In this document: piece by piece, positions 1-7,418 of the stretch | How the letters are laid out: the number at the start of each line of letters is the position of its first letter | Position numbering within the stretch: the first letter of the stretch is position 1 | Assembly: GCA_964457265.1 (NCBI GenBank) | Contig: CAYWEI010000003.1 | Location: 3,732 to 43,597 of the forward strand | Length of the DNA: 39,866 nt | From: an uncultured Candidatus Saccharibacteria bacterium | GTDB taxonomy: Bacteria; Patescibacteriota; Minisyncoccia; Phycocordibacterales; Phycocordibacteraceae | Direction: 5' to 3' | Notes under the pieces: model-generated | Told to the model about the DNA's origin: nothing | What the model saw: the letters and a program-made list of their open reading frames with translations, nothing else | The model's database searches: none | Made by a program: the position numbers and the translations under genes

Positions 1-266
1 TTCAGCTTCTCCGCTTTCGCGTGGAAGGCTGCTGCCTGTTCCTCTGAAAGGAGACCCTCTTTCTCGAGCGAGAGAAGGCAGTCGTACGCGACACCCAGGA
101 GATACTTGATACGGCCTCGCTTCTCAGTCAGGTCAGCGTTATCGAGCGCCGCGAACTGCTCTTCGAGGTCTCTCGTCGCGAGAGCGGCGTGCTCTTCTCG
201 GCTAGGGTGAGCTTTCTGTTCGTGCCTTCCAGGCGTCGAATGCGAGAAGACTGATTCGGGGTTCAT
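1..266 (-). CDS. hypothetical protein, N-terminal fragment (gene runs off the window start)
   Basis: My own reverse-strand translation from the ATG (revcomp of cat at 264-266) gives MNPESVFSHSTPGRHEQKAHPSREEHAALATRDLEEQFAALDNADLTEKRGRIKYLL... and stays open to position 1. It is absent from the ORF track because it has no stop in the window. No family recognised. Confidence 0.35.
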   Translation of the reverse strand, partial: MNPESVFSHSTPGRHEQKAHPSREEHAALATRDLEEQFAALDNADLTEKRGRIKYLLGVAYDCLLSLEKEGLLSEEQAAAFHAKAEKL

Positions 267-330
267 AGGAAGAGTATACAGAGACGAGAAAGTGTGATTT
301 CACCTTATCCCCGTACTTTTTCAAGCCCTA

Positions 331-358
331 TTGCACAATATGGCTCATTTCCTATACT
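331..358 (+). promoter_or_regulatory. candidate sigma70-type promoter for hup (TTGCAC - 16 nt - TATACT)
   Basis: TTGCAC at 331-336 and TATACT at 353-358 with 16-nt spacing, in the divergent intergenic region upstream of hup. Confidence 0.3.
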
Positions 359-467
359 TTCTCCCGTAGCCCTCGTATTTTCAGGGCTATCGCGCTCGGG
401 CGCGTTTCTGATGGAAATGCACCGAACGCGGCAGCCCTGTGAGGAATTAGACCCCTAACGAAACACT

Positions 468-740
468 ATGAACAAAGCAGATATCGCATCGAAGGTGCAG
501 GACGTTCTCGGAGGCACGAAGGCTGACGCAGACCGCGCAGTCGAGTCCGTCATCGAGAGCATCGTCTCCGGCCTCAAGGGCGGGGACGAGGTTTCTATCG
601 CTGGCCTCGGTATCTTCAGCGCGAAGGCTCGCCCGGCTCGCACCGGACGTAACCCTCGCACCGGCGAGACCATCAAGATCGCCGCTACGCGCACTCCTAA
701 GTTCCGCGCAGCTAAGGCGCTCAAGGACGCAGTTAAGTAG
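468..740 (+). CDS. hup: DNA-binding protein HU (HU/IHF family)
   Basis: 90 aa. Matches the HU pattern throughout, including GLGIFSAKARPARTGRNPRTGETIKIAATRTPKFRAAKALKDAV (beta-arm RNPxTGE motif). Confidence 0.93.
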   Translation: MNKADIASKVQDVLGGTKADADRAVESVIESIVSGLKGGDEVSIAGLGIFSAKARPARTGRNPRTGETIKIAATRTPKFRAAKALKDAVK

Positions 741-758
741 TCAGCAGACTGTTTGAGG

Positions 759-786
759 AAAAACCGCCCAGCTGGGCGGTTTTTCT
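759..786. terminator. bidirectional rho-independent terminator between hup and the PDT-domain gene
   Basis: aaaaaccgccca/tgggcggttttt inverted repeat flanked by A-run and T-run, between convergent genes. Confidence 0.7.
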
Positions 787-791
787 TTTAT

Positions 792-1355
792 CTAGGCGAT
801 GCGTTCAGCGACGATGAAACTCGTGTAATTGAACTTCAGGTCCTGGATGCTCTCTTCGAGGATATCGAGGCCGTATATCTCTGCCGCGCGACGAGACGCG
901 ATGACAGCCGTCGTGTCCGGAAGTGTCCCATGGGCGAGATCAGCGGCAGCTTTTGCAGTGTCTTCGTATTCCTCGATATCTGCGCCAGGCCACGTACGCT
1001 TCAGATACATGCGGCACTGCTTCAGTGCCTGATCGTGAGAAGTAACGGCTGTTATCTGCTTAGGGTCAGCCCCCTTCCTCATAAGCAGATTCTGGTGCAC
1101 GTCTATCTCGAACATCTTCTGTATCTGGAACCGATGCTTAGCCATGGCATGCACCGCCTCGATCACTATTCCTCCGTTGCTGTTCTCTATCGGGAAGATG
1201 CCCAGATCGATGTCTCCAGCCTCGAGCGAAGACAGGACGCGTTCAGCTGAGATGAGAAACAGGATCTCCGCATCGCGGACTTCCTCTTTCTCCATGTATT
1301 TTCGCGCGGCCTCTTCAGAGAAGCTGCCTTCAGCGCCCATGATGCCGATTTTCAT
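792..1355 (-). CDS. prephenate dehydratase (PDT) domain protein, no ACT domain
   Basis: Start moved to the internal ATG at 1355 (MKIGIMGAEGSFSEEAA...). PDT-like motifs: GxxGSFSE, FPIENSNGGIV, TSHDQALKQC. 187 aa, with no C-terminal regulatory domain. Confidence 0.72.
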   Translation of the reverse strand: MKIGIMGAEGSFSEEAARKYMEKEEVRDAEILFLISAERVLSSLEAGDIDLGIFPIENSNGGIVIEAVHAMAKHRFQIQKMFEIDVHQNLLMRKGADPKQITAVTSHDQALKQCRMYLKRTWPGADIEEYEDTAKAAADLAHGTLPDTTAVIASRRAAEIYGLDILEESIQDLKFNYTSFIVAERIA

Positions 1356-1438
1356 AGTTCGCAGCCTAGCATATCGGCTGGCGTTCGCCTCGTCACCCGC
1401 CAGTCGCGTGCTAGCATACTCGTGCAAACCCCTACGTT

Positions 1439-2245
1439 ATGCTGACCAACGACGCTGACGCCATCCGCAAGGAAGCCGCTCATGACGATGAGATTTTCCG
1501 CGCAAGGAAGGAGGCCGAGCGCGAAGCGCAGGAGCTGCGCAAGGAACAGGCAGCGAAGGACAAGATAGCGAGGCTCGAACGGGATCTTGCTCCGAAACGG
1601 CAGGAACTTCGTGCCATAGAGACGGAAACGGAACGGCTGGAACAGCGTTCAGTCGGAGCCGCGCGCGCCCTGCGCACTGCTTCTCCAGCACACGCGAGCG
1701 ACGAAGAGCGCGCCATAGCGGACCTCACCGGGCAGCTCGACCGCCTCCGGCATGATGAGCACGGCCTGAGACAGAAACTCACGGCCCACGAGCAGACGAT
1801 TGCTAGGGAAAGACTCTCGATGGAGAGGCAGGGCGCGGATCAGCATGCACAGGCTTCCCGGCTTGAACGGGAGCTGCACGAGAAAGAGGCCGCGATCGCG
1901 ACTCTCAAGAGAGACATGCTGAGCATCGAGGCGAAACTTACGGCCCTGCGGCAAGGCCGCTCGGGTTCCCTGACTTTCCGTGAAGACAACGAAGAACGGA
2001 CCCTCGCAAGGACCCTCGAGGAGACGCAGAGAGACGAGCAGCGCATCGAGACAGAGATCAAGCGGCATGGCAGGCTCCTGGCGGAAGAGACGCGGCGTGC
2101 GCGGCAGGAGCATGAGGCTGCCGAAGAAAGATCGCGCAGCGTATCGGGCCGATTGAAGGAGCGCGAACGGCATGCCGGTCTCTTGAAAGACGAGATCCGT
2201 CGCATCGAGAGCGAAATCGCCGCGCTCAGGCTGAACGGGCGGTAA
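1439..2245 (+). CDS. Glu/Arg/Ala-rich coiled-coil protein, unknown function
   Basis: 268-aa ORF with a long heptad-like charged sequence (EAEREAQELRKEQAAKDKIARLERDL...). It fills the gap between two convergent and divergent neighbours. The long antisense ORF 1649-2368 is judged a shadow. Confidence 0.5.
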   Translation: MLTNDADAIRKEAAHDDEIFRARKEAEREAQELRKEQAAKDKIARLERDLAPKRQELRAIETETERLEQRSVGAARALRTASPAHASDEERAIADLTGQLDRLRHDEHGLRQKLTAHEQTIARERLSMERQGADQHAQASRLERELHEKEAAIATLKRDMLSIEAKLTALRQGRSGSLTFREDNEERTLARTLEETQRDEQRIETEIKRHGRLLAEETRRARQEHEAAEERSRSVSGRLKERERHAGLLKDEIRRIESEIAALRLNGR

Positions 2246-2282
2246 TGGACGAGCTCGCGCTTGGCGCGCGTTGCTTCTTATC

Positions 2283-3431
2283 TTATTTCTCTTCCGTAAA
2301 ATACTTCCTTTTCTTGAGCTTATCGGGCATGTAGCTCCCCGTGTCGTAGCGCTCATAACCCTTTCCATACTCGAGATCTCTCATCAGCTTCGTGGGAGCG
2401 TTGCGTATGTGCTTAGGGATCGGCAGGTTGCCGAACTTCTTGATATCCGCTTGCGCCTCGCGAAGCGCTTCATACGCTGACTTGGTCTTCTTGCAGTTTG
2501 CGAGATACGCGACGCCATGAGCGAGGTTTATCGCGCATTCGGGATAGCCGATCACCTCGCAGGCCCTGAAAACGGCGTTGGCGACAACGAGCGCCGTGGG
2601 CTGAGCGAGCCCGATATCCTCTGACGCGAATATGACCATGCGGCGAGCGATGAAGAGCGGATCCTCTCCCGCTTCTACCATGCGCGCCAGATAATAGACG
2701 GCAGCATCCGGCTGCGACGCGCGCATGCTCTTTATGAACGCGCTGATAGTGTCGTAATGCTCGTCGCCCTTCTTGTCATAGCGGAGGTGCGAGGACTCGA
2801 GGGACCGGTTCAGGGTCTCTACCGTCACTTTTCCATAGAGCGTCTTCGCGCCTTCGAGCATCGTGAGCGCCTTGCGGGCGTCGCCGTTGGCGTATCCCAG
2901 GAGCCATTCGAAGGCATCCTTCCCGAGCTTCACCTTGGTGCGCGCGACGATCGCACGCAGTGATTCCTCGTCGAGCGGCTCGAGCACGAACACCCGCGAC
3001 CGCGACAGGAGCGCGGGAATGACCTCGAAGCTCGGGTTCTCAGTCGTCGCTCCTATGAGCGTGAGCTGGCCCCTCTCCACGTACGGCAGCAAAAAATCCT
3101 GCTGGGCCTTGTTAAAACGATGGATCTCATCGAGGAACAGCACCTTCGGACGGAGGTCCAGGGTCGGGCCTTGCCCGCTGCCCACGATCTTCCGGATATC
3201 CTCCTTGCCCGCAGACACCGCTGAGAGCTCGTACAGGTCCGCATCAAGGGCTCGAGCGTATATGCGCGCGATAGTGGTCTTCCCGGTCCCAGGAGGGCCC
3301 CACAGCACGAACGAGAACCTATGCTTCTTCTCGATAGCGACCCGAAGGGGCTTGCCCTCTCCCACGAGGTGTTCCTGCCCAACGAACTCATCGAGCGAGG
3401 TCGGGCGGATGCGGTTCGCGAGCGGTTCCAT
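2283..3431 (-). CDS. rarA: replication-associated recombination protein A (AAA+ ATPase RarA/MgsA)
   Basis: N-terminus MEPLANRIRPTSLDEFVGQEHL, Walker [11 protein letters not shown], Walker B LFLDEIHRFNK, C-terminal MgsA-like region YLARM...GEDP. Confidence 0.93.
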   Translation of the reverse strand: MEPLANRIRPTSLDEFVGQEHLVGEGKPLRVAIEKKHRFSFVLWGPPGTGKTTIARIYARALDADLYELSAVSAGKEDIRKIVGSGQGPTLDLRPKVLFLDEIHRFNKAQQDFLLPYVERGQLTLIGATTENPSFEVIPALLSRSRVFVLEPLDEESLRAIVARTKVKLGKDAFEWLLGYANGDARKALTMLEGAKTLYGKVTVETLNRSLESSHLRYDKKGDEHYDTISAFIKSMRASQPDAAVYYLARMVEAGEDPLFIARRMVIFASEDIGLAQPTALVVANAVFRACEVIGYPECAINLAHGVAYLANCKKTKSAYEALREAQADIKKFGNLPIPKHIRNAPTKLMRDLEYGKGYERYDTGSYMPDKLKKRKYFTEEK

Positions 3432-3462
3432 GGGCTCATTCTACGCTTCCTCTATTAAAAGC

Positions 3463-3488
3463 GAATGAGGCCCGCAAGGGCCTCATTC
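3463..3488 (-). terminator. rho-independent terminator of the 3514-4410 gene
   Basis: gaatgaggccc-gcaa-gggcctcattc hairpin, followed on the minus strand by TTTTAAT. Confidence 0.6.
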
Positions 3489-3513
3489 GGAGCACGGATA
3501 CGGGTTACCGCTT

Positions 3514-4410
3514 CTAGAGCTCGTCTATCGCATCGTCCGCGAGGTCTTCTGCCTCTTCCGCGTAGTCTATCGCGTCGTCATAATCTCCGTCATCGTAAGC
3601 ATCCTCAGCATCCTCGAGCGCATCCTCGGCATCGTTAAGGAGGTCTTCAGCATCATCGACGTCGTAGCCATCGTCGTCAGCATCGTTTATCTCGTCACGA
3701 GCGTTGTCGATGGCGTCCTCGGCATCCGCTATCGCGTCCTCGGCGTCATCTCTATCGTCCCCGTTGTTATTACTGCTTCTGTGGCCATCGACCTCGTCGA
3801 TAGCGTCTTCCGCAGTATCCTGCGCGTCTTCCGCGTAATCTATGGCATCGTCATAATCGCGATCGAGCAGCTCATATACGGCATCCCACATCTGGTCTTC
3901 GGCCTCGTTTATGAGGTTGGCCGCGTTGCCCGTCGAACGGCCATCGCCCCGCGCATCGTCATATTCGTCCAGAGCATCCTCGTAAGCGTCCCGGGCATCA
4001 GAGAGCGCGTCGAGCGCATTCTCGAAATCCGAATCATTGTTCCGGGATGAAGAAGACGAAGAGGACGAGCTGCTTCCTGAAGAAGCCCGCGCAGGAACGA
4101 ATGCTCCGTTAACGCTCAGTCCGTATGCCGCTTGCCACCGCATGACCGCCAGCTGAGTGCGCTGGCCGAAATAATTGGATTCATACCCTGGAGCGCCGGC
4201 TCCGGCGTTCGTGATGATGAACCCGGTCGAGTTCAGGTATCGCTGCAAGCAGCGGACATCTTCTCCTGCAGCTCCCATGGAAAGAGTCCGAGCTATGGTG
4301 CACGGTACGGTCTGAGCGTGAGCGAACGAAGGCGCGAGGCTTGCGAGAGAGAGAATCGCAGCCAATCCGATAAGGAAGCCGCTCGTTCTGTAAGTAAGGG
4401 TACGGATCAT
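3514..4410 (-). CDS. secreted protein: signal peptide, PG_binding_1-like domain, poly-Ser linker, highly acidic Asp/Ala/Glu helical repeat domain
   Basis: N-terminal hydrophobic leader ending AHAQ. PG-binding pattern GEDVRCLQRYLNSTGF...YFGQRTQLAVMRWQAAYGL. SSSSSSSSSS linker. C-terminal repeats of DAxDxxDDAxD ending EDALEDAEDAYDDGDYDDAIDYAEEAEDLADDAIDEL. Confidence 0.8.
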   Translation of the reverse strand: MIRTLTYRTSGFLIGLAAILSLASLAPSFAHAQTVPCTIARTLSMGAAGEDVRCLQRYLNSTGFIITNAGAGAPGYESNYFGQRTQLAVMRWQAAYGLSVNGAFVPARASSGSSSSSSSSSSRNNDSDFENALDALSDARDAYEDALDEYDDARGDGRSTGNAANLINEAEDQMWDAVYELLDRDYDDAIDYAEDAQDTAEDAIDEVDGHRSSNNNGDDRDDAEDAIADAEDAIDNARDEINDADDDGYDVDDAEDLLNDAEDALEDAEDAYDDGDYDDAIDYAEEAEDLADDAIDEL

Positions 4411-4468
4411 GATGGCTATGCTGATTAGGTAATGCCATCACTATACATGGATTTGATGCAGAACGGAT

Positions 4469-4505
4469 GAAGAAAAGGCGGCCGATATACGGCCGCCTTT
4501 TCTTC
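4469..4505 (-). terminator. rho-independent terminator of the 4525-5475 gene
   Basis: 16-bp stem gaagaaaaggcggccg / cggccgccttttcttc with an atata loop, 20 nt after the stop codon. Confidence 0.7.
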
Positions 4506-4524
4506 TCGATCCTCCTAGAGCCGA

Positions 4525-5475
4525 TTAGAGCTCGTCTATCGCGTCATCCGCGAGGTCTTGGGCATCCTCGGCGTAATCGATAGCATCCTCATAATCGCCG
4601 TCATCATACGCGTCTTCGGCGTCTTCGAGCGCATCCTCCGCCTCATCGAGAATATCTTCTGCCTTGCTGATCCTCGAAGAAGAGCTCTTCGAGCTGTCTA
4701 TCTCATCCTGGGCATCATCGATAGCATCCTTCGCGTCGCTGATAGCATCCTTGGCGTCAGACTTATCGCCGCCGCTTCCGGAGTCCATCTCATCCTGAGC
4801 GTCATCGATGGAATCGAGCGCGTCTTCCGCGGCTTCGATCGCGTCCTGATAGTCCCCCTCCACGAAGGAATAGGCTGCCTTGAGGACACTCTTCTCTGCC
4901 TTGTCGAGATATTTCTTCATATCTCCCACCTCCTCTCCGTCATCAGTCGCATCTTCGTAATCGTTGAAAGCGTCCTCATACTCATCACGCGCATCGAGCA
5001 CCTTCTCTCGGGCATCCTCCATCTCCCGGTTCACTGCAGGCACCGGGACGGGAACAGGCGTCGGCGCAGGAGAAGGTACCGGAGCCGGAGTCGGGACAGG
5101 TGCCGGCGTCTGAGTGGAGCCGGTGAGCACCATCAGCTGGTACTTCGCGCGCGATAGCGGACCGAACGTGCCGGTCGCAGGACTGATGCCGTTAGCTGCC
5201 TGCCACTTCATGAGTGCAGCACGGGTCTTTTCCTTGAACTGCGGAGTCTCGAATCCCTTCGAGCCTACCCCCGTGTCAGAGACCGTGAAGCCTGTCTCGT
5301 TCAGATACCTCTGAAGGCAGCGGACCTGCTCATTCTCAGTGCCGAGCGTGAGATCGGTCGTGAACGTGCAGCTGGCTGCGCGCGCGGTCATCGGCAGTAC
5401 GGCTGCGCCTGCGAGTATAAGGCTTGCCATGGCGACGAGCGCGATGGCAGTTCGTTCCTGTAGTGAAATGTTCAT
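4525..5475 (-). CDS. paralog of 3514-4410: signal peptide, PG_binding_1-like domain, Pro/Ala/Val linker, acidic repeat domain
   Basis: Same architecture as its neighbour: NEQVRCLQRYLNETGF...KTRAALMKWQAANGI, PAPVPTPAPVPSPAPTPVPVPVP linker, and a C-terminus EDALEDAEDAYDDGDYEDAIDYAEDAQDLADDAIDEL that is nearly identical. Confidence 0.8.
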   Translation of the reverse strand: MNISLQERTAIALVAMASLILAGAAVLPMTARAASCTFTTDLTLGTENEQVRCLQRYLNETGFTVSDTGVGSKGFETPQFKEKTRAALMKWQAANGISPATGTFGPLSRAKYQLMVLTGSTQTPAPVPTPAPVPSPAPTPVPVPVPAVNREMEDAREKVLDARDEYEDAFNDYEDATDDGEEVGDMKKYLDKAEKSVLKAAYSFVEGDYQDAIEAAEDALDSIDDAQDEMDSGSGGDKSDAKDAISDAKDAIDDAQDEIDSSKSSSSRISKAEDILDEAEDALEDAEDAYDDGDYEDAIDYAEDAQDLADDAIDEL

Positions 5476-5693
5476 ACGTAATAAGGTGCTAACGAATATT
5501 CTTTCGAGCCGTACGCGTATCGTACGAGTCTGTATGCATATAAAGATAGCATGCGACCCTACATGAAGAGATGGAGATGCGTTTTAAAAACGCTGAACCC
5601 GGCACTATCTCTGACACGCAGACTCTTGCGTTTGGTGCGGGATAGCCGTTACTTGCACGACTGCCCCGTCATTCTCGCTCGGAAATAAAAATA

Positions 5694-5708
5694 CGCCTCT
5701 GCAGGCGC
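5694..5708 (-). terminator. weak hairpin plus T-run downstream of the tRNA-Gly(TCC) locus
   Basis: cgcct-ctgc-aggcg stem, followed on the minus strand by TATTTTTATTT. Confidence 0.35.
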
Positions 5709-5729
5709 ATTTTCATTTCACTCGCTCGA

Positions 5730-5926
5730 GTGCGGGATAGGAGAAGTTCCCCGTTTCTAATTCGCTTTGCTCATAAGAAACGTAGGTCACGCATCGGTCA
5801 CCGATACCGCCTCGTCGACACTCGTCGGTTCCGCGACCCCGGCTCGCGGTTTCGCTTGCTAGCGAAACATTGCTCCGCCTTCCGATTCTCCACAGAAAGC
5901 GCGCAGGCGCTTTCTTTATCCCGCAC
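5730..5926 (-). repeat. ~197-nt hairpin-rich segment bounded by inverted copies of the tRNA-Gly(TCC) 3' end
   Basis: Left end is gtgcgggataggagaa (5730-5745). Right end is ttctcc[25-nt hairpin]tatcccgcac (5886-5926). The interior holds at least five perfect small hairpins, e.g. gtttcgc..gcgaaac, ccgcga..tcgcgg, atcggt.accgat. Confidence 0.4.
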
Positions 5927-5947
5927 TCTTTCTCACTTCGTTCTAAA

Positions 5948-6021
5948 TGGTGCGGGATAGGAGAATCGGACTCCTGCTCTCAGTTTGGAAAACTGATGTT
6001 CTACCATTAAACTAATCCCGC
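5948..6021 (-). tRNA. tRNA-Gly (anticodon TCC), CCA encoded
   Basis: Reverse complement is GCGGGAT TA GTTT AATGGTA GAAC A TCAGT TTTCCAA ACTGA GAGC AGGAG TCCGATT CTCCT ATCCCGC A CCA. Clean cloverleaf, 74 nt. The T-loop has C where U55 is expected. Confidence 0.85.
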
Positions 6022-6110
6022 GTAGCTACGAGGATAGCATATCTCATGCACAGCCGCCTATATCAGGGACTGTGCCTTTATTTTTGACAAAAGTGGTGTA
6101 TCGTAGCGGT

Positions 6111-7196
6111 ATGAAACGCCAGGATCTCGCGGCCTTAGGCGGCGCGCTCGTACTCGTCATATTCGTAGCGGTCTTCTCGAGCAACGGACTCCTCTATGAG
6201 TACTCTGAGAGGAGCATCGAAAGCACCACTTCTCCTGCCGACAGCGGCCATGCTTCAGGGGCTCGGAGCATACTCGCTTCGCTAGCCGCAAAGGCTCGCC
6301 AGCATAAGGCGTCGACCGCTTCGAGCACTCGCTCGACCCCGGCTGACAAGAAGGACAAGCCCGCTCGCTCCTCGGAAGACCTGACCCTCTCGCTCAGCAA
6401 GCTCAATAAGGCTCTGGTAAACGTTATCTGCGACATACACACGCCTGCAGGCGAATTCCTGACCTCAGGCAGCGGGGTCATCATAGATCCGCGCGGGATC
6501 ATCCTTACCAACGCTCATGTAGCCCAGTTCCTTCTCCTTACGAAGGGACCGGCGACCACCCGCTGTTCCATCCGGACCGGGAGCCCGGCGAGCGCGAGCT
6601 ACGATGCCCAGCTCATATACATCTCGGACCCCTGGATACGGGCTCATCCGGGAACCGCGCTCTCAGGGAGCCCGAGCGGCACTGGCGAGAATGATTTCGC
6701 CCTGCTCATGATAAGCGGCAGTCGCACGGACACTCCCCTGCCCCCTTCATTCCCTTTCATGCCCCTAACGGAAACCACGCTCGCGATCGGCCGCGAAGCG
6801 GTACTGGCGTCCTATGGTGCCCAGGGGCTCAATGCGGAGCAGGTGAGGCGCTCGCTCTACCCTACGCTCGCCTTCGCCAGCATCAAGGACGTGTTCGCGT
6901 TCCGCCAGACATTCGACCTGACCGCGATCGATCTCATCGCCCTGGGAGCCAATAGCGCGGCACAGGCAGGCTCTTCAGGCGGCGGAGTAGCCGATGGCAA
7001 AGGCCAGCTCGCGGGACTGATAACCACGAGCAAGCCGGGCAGCAACGTCAGCGCCATTACGGCAGGCCATATCAAGCGCAGCTTCCGGGCAGATACCGGC
7101 ACTGAGCTCGCACGCTATCTTTCAGATCGGACAGGGACCGAACTGATCCAGGACTTCAGAGGCCGGGCAGCCGAGCTTACCGACGTACTCCAATAA
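6111..7196 (+). CDS. secreted/anchored trypsin-like serine protease
   Basis: Start moved to the ATG at 6111 (MKRQDLAALGGALVLVIFVAVF anchor). Catalytic-triad contexts GSGVIIDPRGIILTNAHV (His), NDFALL (Asp) and AQAGSSGGGV (Ser). Confidence 0.8.
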   Translation: MKRQDLAALGGALVLVIFVAVFSSNGLLYEYSERSIESTTSPADSGHASGARSILASLAAKARQHKASTASSTRSTPADKKDKPARSSEDLTLSLSKLNKALVNVICDIHTPAGEFLTSGSGVIIDPRGIILTNAHVAQFLLLTKGPATTRCSIRTGSPASASYDAQLIYISDPWIRAHPGTALSGSPSGTGENDFALLMISGSRTDTPLPPSFPFMPLTETTLAIGREAVLASYGAQGLNAEQVRRSLYPTLAFASIKDVFAFRQTFDLTAIDLIALGANSAAQAGSSGGGVADGKGQLAGLITTSKPGSNVSAITAGHIKRSFRADTGTELARYLSDRTGTELIQDFRGRAAELTDVLQ

Positions 7197-7208
7197 TCGG
7201 AGAATAGG

Positions 7209-7230
7209 GCGAGCAAAGCAGTTTGCTCGC
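7209..7230 (+). terminator. terminator hairpin after the protease gene
   Basis: gcgagcaaa-gcag-tttgctcgc, 13 nt after the stop. Confidence 0.55.
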
Positions 7231-7264
7231 TCACCCCGTCTCCCTATTTCGCTGCGCTCAATGT

Positions 7265-7298
7265 AGTCGGGGTGCGGAGAATTGAACTCCGTCTACTT
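7265..7298 (-). pseudogene. orphan copy of the 3' 30+ nt of tRNA-Pro (T-arm plus acceptor 3' strand)
   Basis: 34-nt perfect direct repeat of 7344-7377 (agtcggggtgcggagaattgaactccgtctactt). The upstream sequence cannot form an anticodon or D arm. Confidence 0.7.
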
Positions 7299-7345
7299 CC
7301 CTAACGGGCCACGGATGCGTCCCACGCATCCGGTCAAAAATAAAG

Positions 7346-7416
7346 TCGGGGTGCGGAGAATTGAACTCCGTCTACTTGTTCCCAAAACAAGCGTACTACC
7401 GGTATACGACACCCCG
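7346..7416 (-). tRNA. tRNA-Pro (anticodon TGG), CCA not encoded
   Basis: Reverse complement is CGGGGTG...CTTGT TTTGGGA ACAAG TAGA CGGAG TTCAATT CTCCG CACCCCG A. G37 is typical of tRNA-Pro. Confidence 0.87.
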
Positions 7417-7418
7417 AG

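Noticed and set aside
5633-5926. tmRNA (possibly permuted) suggested by an acceptor-like stem, a terminal ACCA and a ~290-nt span.
   Set aside because: The acceptor pair at position 3:70 is G:C, not the G:U required for alanylation. I see no tag reading frame ending in a stop after an Ala-rich peptide, and no canonical T-arm next to the 3' end.
5948-6021. First reading of this tRNA as tRNA-Trp, because CCA appears in the anticodon region.
   Set aside because: With a proper 5-bp anticodon stem (TCAGT/ACTGA), the 7-nt loop is TTTCCAA. Positions 34-36 are then TCC, so the tRNA is Gly. The CCA register gives no complementary stem.
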